Assembly (NCBI GenBank): GCA_010909165.1
Contig: MU008175.1
Location: 434,001-498,000 of the forward strand
Reading direction: 5' to 3'
Length of the DNA stretch: 64,000 nt
Source: Anthoceros angustus
Taxonomy: Eukaryota; Plantae; Anthocerotophyta
Under the pieces are notes generated by a model that was given only the letters and a program-made list of their open reading frames with translations, searched no databases and was not told the origin of the DNA. Made by a program: the position numbers and the translations under genes. Positions 46,980 through 58,902 of the stretch are shown piece by piece. Every line of letters begins with the position of its first letter. Within the stretch, counting starts at the first letter, position 1.

Positions 46980-49900
46980 TGTGGGCTACGGACTTCCCTT
47001 GGGGGCTAAGAAATAAGTAGGGTTTTGTTTTTTTCGTAGGTCGAATAGTAAAATAAAGGCGGAAAGGAGGAATAAGCACGGATGGTGCTCGGGGAGCTCG
47101 GAGTATACTCGGACTCGGTGGGTGCGGACCCCGGTACCACTGGCGAGCCGGACTCGCCGGGGTATCGGGATAAGTCCGGACCCACTCGGTCAAAAGCAGG
47201 ATAAATGCGAGTAATTTAGAAGTTGAGTCGTGAGACGGTGGCGGCCGCGGCCACAGTGGAGGCGGGCATCACGGAGGCCGGGGCCGTAGCCTTGCGAGGC
47301 CGTTATAGCGTATTCACGCCCGCATGCGGCAGCGTAGGCAGTATGCGGCGGCGTAAGGCGTAAGCGGGCGTGGTCGAGAGTAAGCCATGCGACCTCTGGC
47401 GATTCACAGACGAGGAAGGCACCTCCGCCCAGTGATTACTCCCCGGCGGCGAGGAGGTCATTTCTGCGACCTCGAGACAATTCGCGATCTCTTGCGCTCG
47501 CAACCACGCCCTGGCGCTATCTCTTTGGCGCTCGGGCATCTTGGCGCGGCTCACCTTTGGGGTTGGAGGCGGCCGGGAGGCGCATCGTGCCGTGATCTCG
47601 GACAATCGCTACGGCGAGGGAGAAGAAGGCGATGGGACCCAAAAGGCTGCGGAGTATGGGAGCCATGGAACTGGTAGGCGCAACATTGTGACGGCTATCC
47701 GGACTTTGGGCCATGGCTGGAGGAGGCGGGAGGATTGGTCGAAGAGTGGCACTAGGCGTGTTCGGTATGCGGGACGTTTGATAGTGTCACTAGTCGGGAG
47801 TTCGCCGGAAGATGTTGGCGGCCAACAAGGAGGTTCGATCCAAGAACCTCGGGAGGATCGAGGTGGACCTTGGAGGTCACGAGGCGGCCTACCGCCCGGA
47901 GGAGGAGGGGCGTGGTCAGGCCCCTCAAGGCGAGGGAAGATAGGCGGCAAGGCGATCTTGGCGAACAGGGACAACCAGCTGGTTGATGTCGGACTGCTGG
48001 ACGGAGGGTGAGGCGTGGCCGGATCATTGTCCATGGAACTTGCTCACCAAGGTGGATCACCTTGGTGATAATTTATTGGTGTTCCCGCATGCGTTGCGGG
48101 GAGAGGGGGAAGGATCATCTTCGCCGTTCACAGAGGCCCACAAGCCGAGGAGCGAGAAGCCACCTCGTCGGACTATCCCCATACACGATCCATGTGTGGG
48201 GACATTACGACCTCTGAAGGATGGGGAAGGCGGGCGCTCGGAAGGGTTGGCGGCCTACAGGCGAGGCGGGCAAGGCGCGAGAGGCCCGACCCCTAGGGCC
48301 AAGCAGGTCGGGAGGAGGGGCGGGAGGATCTCGGACTCCATCGTGCAGCGGACCCCTCACCACCTAGGGAAGTGTGGGAAGATATCCCCGCTTCCCTCTT
48401 AGTGCCTTGGGCAGCGTCTGAGGCGGCCCCGGCCCGACCGGCCCCACCGGCCACAGCGGCGTGAGCCCCGGCAGACTCGCGGGCGAAAGGCGGAAGGCGG
48501 TGCCACCCCTTGGCACCTCGGGCGGTGCACATGCCTCTGCCCCCAGGTGGCAAGAGGTCAAGAGGCGAGGAGGAAGGCGAAGCGCCGCCCAAGGCGAGGT
48601 CGCGGCAGCAACCCCACGGGCCGTCCATCGCCCGGCCGGGAGGCAAGGGCTCGAACCCCTCACCCCTCAAGGCCCAGGAGAAGAGGCGAATGAGGAATTG
48701 GCGGCCAAGAGGGCCAAGGAGGGTGAAGCTCCGGACCTCGGCAATCAGGACCTAAGGGGCCTGATTAGGTCCGAGAACCCAGTCCGGACTTACTCCGGAC
48801 TGCGGTATGGAGGTCCTTGGCGGACCGTGAGATGCCGCTCCCACTACGGACTTTTTGGGGGTCTCACCAGTGGCGGCCGTGGAAGAGACACGGCGGGTCC
48901 TGGCTACCGTCATGGGATGCTTTGGGGTCTCTGGGACATAGAAGACCCGAGTAGAAGCCACCGAGGCGCATGGTGCTCCTCCGAGGCAGTTGGAGGCGGC
49001 CGGAGGCGAGGAGGAAGGCGAAGCTCGGCCGCATCGAAGGCCGGGAGGCCGAAATCTGGTCCATTCGGACGGACTAAATTCCTTCAGTGGGTGCGGTGAG
49101 CGAGCCTGAGGAGGCCCAGCGGTGAAGACCTGCAGGCGGAGGAGGCGAGGCGGAGGAGGCCGGCAAGCGAGAAGGCTCGCGACACAGGCGTGGCGGCCCC
49201 GGACCAGTGGTGAAGCCAGTGAAGGCGGCAGGAGGCGGAAGCCCGCGGCTAAGACCGCGATCACTATCGGCGTGATCGGGCCGGTGGAGGAGGCGGCGAG
49301 ATAATGCGGCTAACTGAAGAAGGAGGCGGGCGGCGGGCAGTGCGGGCCAGCCATGCGAGAGAAGGAAGCCGCGACAAGGAGATGGAGGATCTCGGACTCG
49401 ATTCTTGTGGTGGAGCAACAGCGGTGAGATGGAAGACGCAAGAGACCACAGGCTGCGGCTCAAGTTACCATTGAGAGGAATGTGTCTGCGTGATCACGGA
49501 TCACGAGCGAAATAAAGCTCCGGCTACGGTTGGGACGGAGGAGGTAAGCGATGGAGCAGGGAGCGGGGCGTCGCGAAATGGAAAGGACACAGGCGAAAAC
49601 GCAATCTGGCGAGTTGCCCACCGCTGGAGAGGAGATGGCGAGCTAACGGATGCGGGGAGGAGAGCGGGCCGAGAAAAAGCTGGTCGATTAAGGAAGGCGG
49701 AAGGGGCTGCGCTATGGCGGGTAGCGGAGGCGGAGGAGGCGGAGCAACAGCGGTTGCGAGGAGGAATAGGATGGTAGGCGGCGGCCAGCCTGTGGCCTCG
49801 CGAGCTCCGGCCACGAACTGGCGGGGATGGTCAAAAGCCGGGGACGCCACGCTCGGCTCCGCACCAATGGCGAAGGGAGTATCGGGTGCTCGGGCACATG

Positions 49901-52900
49901 TGGAAGAGGCAATCCAACAAATTGACTCGGATTTTGCCTACTACCACGCCGAGCTCCTTAAGGCATTGGAAGCCTCTCGGTGCCACTGCAGACGGACCCG
50001 GAAGGCTCGAGAAGGGATGAAGGGCATGGGGACACAGGGACCCTAGTGGCCTGTTTGGAGGCAGCGTGAGGAGAAGAGCCTCGGGAGGAGGCGGCAGCCA
50101 ATAGCGGATCTCGGGGTAAGTCCACCGCTTTGCTCGGGAGGATAGGCGGCCACGAAGGCGCGGAAGGAGGAAGCCAGACCCAAGACAAGGGTCGGTGGGT
50201 AGGGATGAGGACCTAGCGATGAGGTCCAGATAAGGGGTCCGGAGCTTGGGGACGGACCCGTGTAAGATCGGACCACGAGGTCCGAACCCGAGATGAGGCC
50301 GGACCTCGAGGTCCGGACTCAAGGAATAAGCGAGACTCCGAGTTCGGACTCGGAGTCGAGGCCGGACCTCGAGGTCCGGACTCGGAAGCTGGAGGAGTCC
50401 TCAGGCTTCTGGAGGCAGCGGTCGGTGGCCCTAGGAGGGACCCACTAGGGGCAGGGAGCGTTGTGTGCGGTCGTCGGGCCGCCGCCCGTGTAACGGAGGA
50501 TTCGGAAGAAGGAAGGGGTCCGCCTCGCGGATCATCCGATTGGGTGCGCGCCGCCGGGGGAGATTGGACCACCAAGAGGCGGAACCAGGACCTTCCAGGC
50601 CACCATGAGCGAAGGAGATAGGAGGAGGAATAGGATGGTAGGCGGCGAGGCGTCTTGGCAGCCACCGGAGGCGCATGGTGCTCCTCCGGGAGGCGGTTGG
50701 AGGCGGCCGGGAGGCGAGGAGGAAGGCGTCTGAGCCGGACGGAGGAGGCCAGAAAGTCGGTCCATTCGGGACGGACTAAATTCCTTCAGTGGGTGGCGGT
50801 GAAGCAACCTGAGAGGCCCAGCGGTGAAGACCTCTGTGAGGAGGGTAGTGGCGGGAGGCGGAGGCCGAGCAGCGAGAAGGCTCGCGTGAGGCTGGACGGT
50901 GGTGGTGAAGCCAGTGAAGGCGGCAGGAGGCGAAGCCACTAAGGCAAATGGCGATCACTATCGGCGTGATCGGGCCGGTGGAGGAGGCAGCGAGGATAGC
51001 TGCGGCTAACTGAAGAAGGAGGCGGGCGGCGGGCAGTGCGGGCCGGCCATGCAGGAGGAAGGAAGCCGCGACAAGGAGATGGAGGATCTCGGACTCGATT
51101 CTGTGAGGTGGAGCAACGGAGATGGAAGACATAAAGAGACCACAGGCTGCGGCTCAAGTTACCATTGAGAGGAATGTGTCTGCGGGCGTGATCACACGGA
51201 TCACGAGCGAGAATAAGCGGCTCCGGCTACATTGGCGGACGGAGGAGGTAAGGCGATGGAACGAGGCGGGGCGTCGCGAAATGGAGAAGGACACAGGCGA
51301 AGCACATAATCTGGCGAGTTGCCCGGGAGAGGAGATGGCGAGCTAACGGCCCGAGAATAAGCGAGAGAGCCGGGCCTTGAGAAAAACTGGTCCGATTAAG
51401 GAAGGCGGAAGGGCCTGCCATGGCGAGTGGTGGCGTGAGCGGAGGAGGCGGCCGGGAGGCGGAGCAACAGCGGTTGCGAGGAGGTGGCCGGCCCTTGTGG
51501 CCTCGCGAGCTCCGGCCACGAACTGGCGGGGATGGTCCGGCAAAGCGGACAGCCGCGCTCCGAGCACCAATGGCGAAGGAGTATCGGGTGCTCGGGCACA
51601 TGTGGAAGCAATCCAACAAATTGACTCGGATTTTGCCTACTACCAGAGCTCCTTAAGGCATTGAAGCCTCTCGTGCCCGCTACAGACGGACCCGGAAGGC
51701 TCGAGAAGGGATGAAGGGCATGGGGACGACAGGGACCCTAGTGGCCCTGTTTGGAGGCAGCGTGAGGAGAAGAGCCTCGGGAGGAGGCGGGGCCGGCCAG
51801 CGGATCTCGGGGTAAGTCCACCGTAACACCTCGGGAGGATAGGCGGCGGCCACGAAGGCGCGGAAGGAGGAAGCCAACCCGACCCAAGACAAGGGTCGGT
51901 GGGTAGGGATGAGGACCTAGCGATAAGGTCCAGATAAGGGGTCCGGAGCTTGGGGACGGGCGACGTGTGACCTGACCACAGGTCCGAACCCGAGATGAGG
52001 CCGGACGGCGGGACGGACTCAAGGAATAAGCGGACTCCGAGTTCGGACTCGGAGTCGAGGCCGGACCAGTCCGGACTCGGGAAGCAAGGAGGAGTCCCCT
52101 CAGGCTTACTGGCGGGAGGCAAGGGTCGGTGGCCCTAGGAGGGACCCACTAGGGGCAGGGAGCGTTGTGTGCATGTCGGCCGCCGCCCGGTGCTGCTGAC
52201 AGGATTCGGGAGAGGAAGGGGTCCCGCCTCGCGGATCATCCGATTAGTGCGCCCATGGCTTGGGGAGATTGGACCACCAATACCGAGGCGGAACCAGGAC
52301 CTTCCGTCCACAGCAAGCGAAGGAGATAGGAGGGAGGAATAGGATGGTAGGCGGCCGATTAGGCGTCTTGGCTGCCACTCGAATAGGTGTAATAAAGGCC
52401 GACTTGGGCGTAGTATAAGAGGTGAGGCGCTGAATAAATCATCTTCTCTTGGTGTTGATGTCGCGTTTCTTGCGGACCTTTGTGTGTCTTCTTGCTAACG
52501 TGAGTCCTAAGTCAACGGCGAGCCACAGCGGCTCGGAGAGGCAGTCAAGGTCACGGAGCGGACCCTAACGTGTGGTGGTGTGTGCGGGGAAGGCGGCGGG
52601 GACCCGTGTTCGTCGAGGCGGCCCGGCGTCGGCCGGGCGTGTGAGCGGAGGAACTCGGGAGGCGTCTGAGCCGGACGGAGAGGCCGGTTGAGCAACGGAG
52701 GAGGTCGGTGTAGCCACTTGCGTTCTTTTCCAAGGTTGATGAGCGTAGTGAGAGTGATGAGAGGAACGGACTTAAGGGACGAGTGACGTGCGGAAACGAT
52801 ACGGACGCAAACGGGTCCTTAAACGTTTGGCCACACCGGGCCTGTTCGGTGAACGTTATGAGTAGTTAGACGCAAAACGACGATTGCGTGTGTTAAAGTT

Positions 52901-53029
52901 GAGCGGACGCAAAGTAAGGATCGGTCGAAACGCGGCAAACGGAGCTTTTCATTCTCTCGGGAACGGACTCCTTACTACAACGACACGGGATTGTGCGCGC
53001 CCGGCTGGCCGTCGGTAGTCGCGTGCACA
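46980..53029 (+). mobile_element. putative very long (about 6 kb) 3' LTR, TG...CA, with an internal 1.7 kb tandem duplication
   Basis: Starts TGTGG after the PPT and ends GTGCACA. TATAA at 52414 and AATAAA at 52433. The last 70 bp or so match the reverse complement of the start of the solo LTR at 57401. Duplicated units at about 48960-50660 and 50665-52375. Confidence 0.55.
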
Positions 53030-53199
53030 TAGTGGACAAGATTGTAGTGGCAAAATCACCAAGGAGGAGTGAGGCGGGGCCGGCCGCCTCCCTCTTGTCC
53101 TCTTGCATGCAAATAGTGGACAAGGGGGTGAGGCCAACACCAGGAGGGTGAGGGAGGCGGGGCCGGCGCCTCTCCTCCCTCACTGGTAAGTTGATTATG

Positions 53200-55870
53200 G
53201 CGCATGGCGGCTAGATGCTAATGAAAGCGTACATTGTTTGGTGCGAGAAATATCAACGTCGCTTGAGGCACATGTGATTGCTCGGCGAGCGTGCCAAAAT
53301 GGCCAAACAGGACAGCTACGTTGAGCCCCACAAGTACATGTTACTCGCTATTGATGGGATGGACCAAAAGCGGAGATCCCACATTTTTACGGTGGCCAAA
53401 GAATTTAAGTGAGGAGTGCCGCATAGGCATACATGTGGTGGGCTGCATGGTTCATAACTATACATATAAAGCGGCGACATATTTGCACTATCTGCAAACC
53501 GGAGCATGCAACGATATGCATCATCCAATATGTTCTGCACAATTATGAAGGGATATTGCCTAAAGTCTTGTACTTGCAGTTGGACAATACTTGTCGAGAG
53601 AACAAAAATCAACTTCTTTTTGCATATCTGAATATGTTAGTAGATATGGGGACATTTCAGAAGGTGAAGGTGGGCTTCCTTCTAGTGGGGCACACACATG
53701 ACAAGATTGACCAAATGTTTTCACGGTTTTCTGAAAGCCTGAAACACAAGGAAGCGCACACATTGCACGCGCTGTCTGATATTCTCGTAAAAGCATACAC
53801 ACCAACTCCGGCAGTGAAAATTCTCACCGAGGTGCCGGACTTCCGGTCATATGTCTGGCCCATCAGAAGAGGAGATGGATCGTATACAAACAAATTAAAC
53901 CGAATAACCTTCGCTCCAACACCGCTTCAAGATAACACGGAGGATAAGGCGAGCGAGGTCTAGTCTGCTATTCAAGCAAGCAATATTCAACATCGCCGCT
54001 ATGGGAGACTGAAGGAGGCTTGGAGTTCTTGAAGTTCGTCCTGTCTAACGACATCACAGCATCATCTCTCCTAGCACTGCGGTCTAGGGACAAAAAGGGC
54101 ACACTTCCAGGTTTAAAGGCAACAGAGGGTGTGGCCCATCTTAAAGAAGGGCTCTCTGGCTTGCGTGCATATATTGCCGCAGATGAACATTTGTGGTAGG
54201 AGGCCTTCTGGGAGGACCAGCATGAGATTGCGGTTATCGTGGAGAACAACATTGGCCTGGCGCTCCAAAAGCCGTGGAAATGGTTTTCAAGGTCGGACGT
54301 TGAAGATACAGTACAGCCTTTGCGCTTACCGAATGAAACCCTTCTGGACGAATCATTATTGAGGGAGCTTCCACGGCGTGATATGTACTTAGGGGCTTCC
54401 AGCGAGTGGCTCGACAGCAGCAAGAAATGGAGCGACTGAATGGCGATGTGGCTAAGATTGAAAATGGAATGTTCATCGCAATTCCATGCTTGACGGATAC
54501 GCACAACAGACCTTTTTGGATAGGAAGAGTGGTGGAAGTGAAACATGATGCTTTACGACCGAGTCTGGTCCACTGCATGTGACTAACATACGACGCTTCG
54601 AAGGGCGATATGTTGAGGAGTACATCGTCCGCGACAAGGCCCAAGCATCGGGGAGAAGTCATCAAGGCAAGGGTCAAAGACCGTGTTCCCCAAAACATAC
54701 AAGAGATTCACATCAATGATACGAATATTGTACTATGGTTTCAACCTTACTACGCTGGAAGCATTTATACGCCAACGACAAAAGGGCTATAAAGGAGAAG
54801 CTAAGCGAGATACGCGGCTTCATTGAACCACCGGTGAAGATGTGTCGATAATAGCGATGAGGAGGAGGCGGATATTGACAACATGATGTCAAGGACTAAA
54901 TCGTAATCGGAAGAGGAGATGGTCGGCTATTACAGTGCGGTCCGAGGCGAATAACCTTCGTTCCAACACAGTTCAAGATAACACGGAGGACAAGGCGGAG
55001 GCGAGGTCTAGTCACGGTTATTGAAGCAAGCAATATTCAACATCGCCGCTATGGGAGGCGAGGCTTGGAGTTCTTGAAGTTCGTCAATCTCATCACGGCA
55101 TCATCTCTCCTAGCTGCGATAGGGACAAAAAGGGCACACTTCCGTGTTTAAAGGCAACAGAGGTGTGGCCCATCTTAAAGAAGGGCTCTCGGCTTGCGTG
55201 CATATATTGCCGCAGATGAACATTTGTGGTGGGAGGCCTTCTGGGAGGACCAGCATGAGATTGCGGTTATCGTGGAGAACAACATTGGCCTGGCGCTCCA
55301 TAAGCCATGGAAATGGTTAACAAGGTCGGACGTTGAAGATACAGTACAGCCTTTGCGCTTACCGAATGAAACCCTTCTGGACGAAGCATTACTGAAGGAG
55401 CTTCCATGGCGTGATATGTACTTAGGGGCTTACCAGCGAGTGGCTCGACAACAGCAAGAAATGGAGCGACTGAATGGCGATGTGGCTAAGATTGAAAATG
55501 GAATGTTCATCGCAATTCCATGCTTGACGGATATGCACAACAGACCTTTTTGGATAGGAAGAGTGGTGGAAGTGAAACATGATGCTTTACGACCGAGTCT
55601 GCTGGTCCACTGGTACAGGACGGAACATACGGACGCTTACGAAGGACGATATGTTGAGGAGTACATCGTCCGCGGACAAGGCCCAAGCATCGCGGGGGCA
55701 GGTCATCAAGGCAAGGGTCAAAGACCGTGTTCCCCAAAAACATACAAGAGATTCACATCAATGATACAGTAATATTGTACTATGGTTTCAACCTTACTAC
55801 GCGGAAGCATTTATACGCCAACGACAAAGGGCTATAAAGGAGAAGCTAAGCGAGATCTGGCTTCATTGAA
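53200..55870 (+). pseudogene. DDE/D-type transposase (DUF7869/Sola-like signature), copy 1, N-terminus missing, C-terminal 1.05 kb duplicated (53905-54950 / 54951-55960)
   Basis: YMLLAIDGMDQK; IGIHVVGCMVH; LPKVLYLQLDNTCRENKNQLLFAYLNMLV..GTFQKVKVGFLLVGHTHDKIDQMFSRFS. Confidence 0.8.
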
Positions 55871-56514
55871 CCAATGAAGATGTGTCAGATAATAGCGATG
55901 AGAAGGAGGCGGATATTGACAACATGGATGATGATGACGGAAACTGTGTACTGGAAGAACCTTAGGGCGAACATGACTTCTGACATTGTCTTTGTTTATG
56001 GCTGTTGTTCTAGAAGGGGAATCATGAAAAACCTATATGCATCGGGCGGAGTGGGCATTACTGCTTTTTTGTCTTTGCGTTTTTCATATGTTACACCACC
56101 CCAGTGGTCACTCTTTCATTTCGCAACAACCCTAAACATAAATCTTCGATAATTGCGGTTCATGATTGAAACCATGGTTGGAAGTATGACACATGAACAG
56201 AACGCAGCATTGTTCTGAGATTGTATGTCTTGGAAGGACGGTGTCTGGCTTGAAGGTCCGTTCCACGAACACTTGTTCCTACAGAAGCTTCTGGAAAGAT
56301 GCACATGAAAAGGAGGGTCACCGTTAACAGTTTGAACTATTTCACACACATGCATTCCGTCCATACATGATTCTTCATGGTGATCATGGTTCCACTGGGT
56401 AGGTGGGGCATGACGTGATTTGGCTCCGGCAAAGCGGTGCCGAATCCCAGCCTTTATGCCAATAGTAGAGACTATCAATCCAAGCCGGGTGGGTACAACG
56501 TCGGCTATCGCAGA

Positions 56515-56540
56515 GTCGGCGCCGGCCGGCCGGCGCCGAC
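56515..56540. promoter_or_regulatory. perfect 26-bp palindrome GTCGGCGCCGGCCGGCCGGCGCCGAC, one of about 10 related sites
   Basis: Direct reading. Related sites at 38692, 39467, 40936, 40978, 44019, 44115, 44180, 44243 and 44341. Function is inferred only. Confidence 0.6.
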
Positions 56541-57400
56541 CCCAACAGAATCATGTCCGAGAAATGTGAAAGTTGCATAAATAGGGATGATTTCTACCAC
56601 CCTTTCCGTGTCATTTCATACCCTCTCAAGTTTAACAGGCCACGGCTGGACATGGTGCATAGGGTTTGAGGCCCAGAATGGTGTCATCTTCTGAAATGAC
56701 CAAGTCTTTGTACGATTGACCGGCCGGAATGGGGAAGTTCATGGGCTCTATTTCGACACTTCCACAGGTGTCTGCCTTTCCTAATACCATGCACACACAC
56801 TGGCGGGTCCATGAAAGCGATGCGACCCTCGGGTGCACACCTTACTTTTGAGTGGGAAATTCTACATTTTCCGTGAACCACTGTTTCCCAACCCATTGCA
56901 AACCCCCTTTGGCGTATATTGTACAGAAAACCCCCTTCCTGTATATTCACCCCGTTGCAACTTTGTTGTGTTAGGAGTCGAGGGAACATTATTCAAAAAC
57001 TCTAAACCCTCGTTCGACGACCAGTATTCATCAGTGGAATATTGTTTACCCCTCATCACAGTAACAAGTCCGCGCTCACCTCGAGTTTCTCGAGTAAGTT
57101 TTAACTGATGCTGGAAAGATATATTGTGCAACTTGCTTTACTGCCAACTGCTTATATCCGCCCATAAGGTATTGGCCAAACAAACTTTCTAAGTCCGGAA
57201 CTTCTTTCACTGCATAATTTGTGGTTTGGGCGTATATGCATTCTCCAAAACACCGGTTAGTTTGGGAAGCGTGAAAGCTTTCTTCCGTGCAAGCACTGTT
57301 GAAAACTCAAAAACATCTGGTCAACCTGGTCATGTGTATGCCCAATACCTTCTGGAAAACCTTAAGCTCCACCAACATATTCAGATAAGAGAATAGCAGT

Positions 57401-58902
57401 TGTGGCGGGACTTTCGCTGATGGCCAGCCGGGCGCGCACAATCCCGTGTCGTTGTAGGAAGAAGTCCGTTCCCAAGGGAATGGTCTCGCTTATTCTGAGC
57501 TCTGACCTATCGCTGAGCGGACTTCATCGAGGTTGGGTCGGCTCCACAACCCTAAGTGTGTGCCCCTCCACAACTCGTCGGACCGGTAGCGCGACCGGAC
57601 CTTCCACAAACCCCGCCCGGATTTCTCCAAGTACTACCGAACAGACGAACGACGCTGCCTTCTCGCCCACGCACTCTAGCCCCCGGCCTCAACTCGTCCG
57701 CCACAACTCCACCTCAACACACACGCCAGAACACGACCCTTCTCCCTTATCCATTCCCACTAGTAGTCACAACACCAACACGCGATGTATTCACACGGGC
57801 CGCCTTTGCCTTCCCCGCTTCACGCTCATGGAGAAGTAGCTTCGCGACTGCATCCACCTCCGTTCAGTGACCTCCAAGAATGGCTTCCGCCCGGTCGCCC
57901 CAAAGCGCCTCCTAATCCCCTCCGGCTGCTTCACGCTCATGGAGAAGTGGCTCGCATGACCCTCCGCTCCAGCAGCCTCCAAGGTTAGTCTCTAGAAATC
58001 ACCCATGAGCACCTCCGAGCTCAGTCCAACCCGATGCACCCATCAAGCGTGTTGGCGGAGCTCGTCACGAGCTCTAAACACATCCTCTACCACCACCACC
58101 CCGCACGGTGACGCAGAACTCACTCCGCCTCGAGCACGGAAGGCAAGAGCACACGGAGCGAAGATGGTACGGGATAGTCTGCCTTGGACGCCAGCCTTCC
58201 TATATACTCCCCATACCCTAACCTAACCCGCCTATGTATGTATCCTAACCCTGCTATGTATGTACCCTAACCACAGGTCGGTAGTAGCCGGACGTACCTC
58301 ATCAACTGCTGCGACTTCTTGCACCACCGCCCCAAACAAGAGATCCATGCCAGGCGATGCCCACCAAACTAAACCACCCGGCCAGACCACTCGATCGGAC
58401 TTCGCCCGGACGGACCACTCCGCCGGACCTCTCAAGGACGGACCACTCCATCGGACCTCGCCGACGGACCACTCCGGACCTCGCAAGGACGGACCACTCG
58501 CCGGACCTCTCAAGGCGGACCACTCCATCGGACCTCGCCGGACGGACCACTCCGTCGGACCTCGCAAGGCGGACCACTCCGCCGGACCTCGCCGGGCGGA
58601 CCACTCCGTCGGACCTCGCCGACGGACCCTCCGTCGAACCTCGCCGACGGACCACTCCGCCGGACCTCGCCGGACGGACCACCCGCCGGACCTCGCCGAC
58701 GGACCACTCCATCGGACCGCCGGACGGACCACTCCGGACCTCGCCGGACGGACCACTCCGTCCTCCAACCGGACAGGTTCAGCGTAAAAGTGCAATCGGC
58801 CGAAAATGGCCTTATTGGCTAACTCCTCCTATCCCTCTTAGCGATGACCGAAAAAGCAAAACAAGCCGCCAAGAGTACGGACATCGGATTTGGCACTCCA
58901 CA
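57401..58902 (-). mobile_element. solo LTR (1502 bp) with 5-bp TSD GCAGT
   Basis: Termini TGTGG...CCACA. GCAGT at 57396-57400 and 58903-58907. Removing the insert and one TSD restores ENKN-A-LLFSYLNMLV in the transposase. There is a TATA-like TATATA at about 58201 on the minus strand. Confidence 0.93.
58412..58760. repeat. about 27-bp tandem repeat GGACCACTCCGCCGGACCTCGCCGAC (about 14 copies) within the solo LTR
   Basis: Direct reading. Units are adjacent and have no unique spacers. Confidence 0.9.

Larger units (their letters stand above)
38100..56000. mobile_element. putative DNA transposon copy 1: ParB-like/MTase gene (-) head-to-head with DDE transposase (+), interrupted by Gypsy; termini not defined
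   Basis: Component ORFs are listed separately. The same gene arrangement recurs at 56.6-64 kb. I found no TIR or TSD, so the bounds are approximate. Confidence 0.6.

Noticed and set aside
58215-58272. Telomere-like CCCTAA motifs
   Set aside because: Only a few scattered imperfect units inside an LTR, not a telomeric array.
58412-58760. 27-bp repeats as a CRISPR or iteron array, and the ORFs over them
   Set aside because: Contiguous minisatellite inside a TSD-flanked solo LTR. The ORFs are repeat translations.
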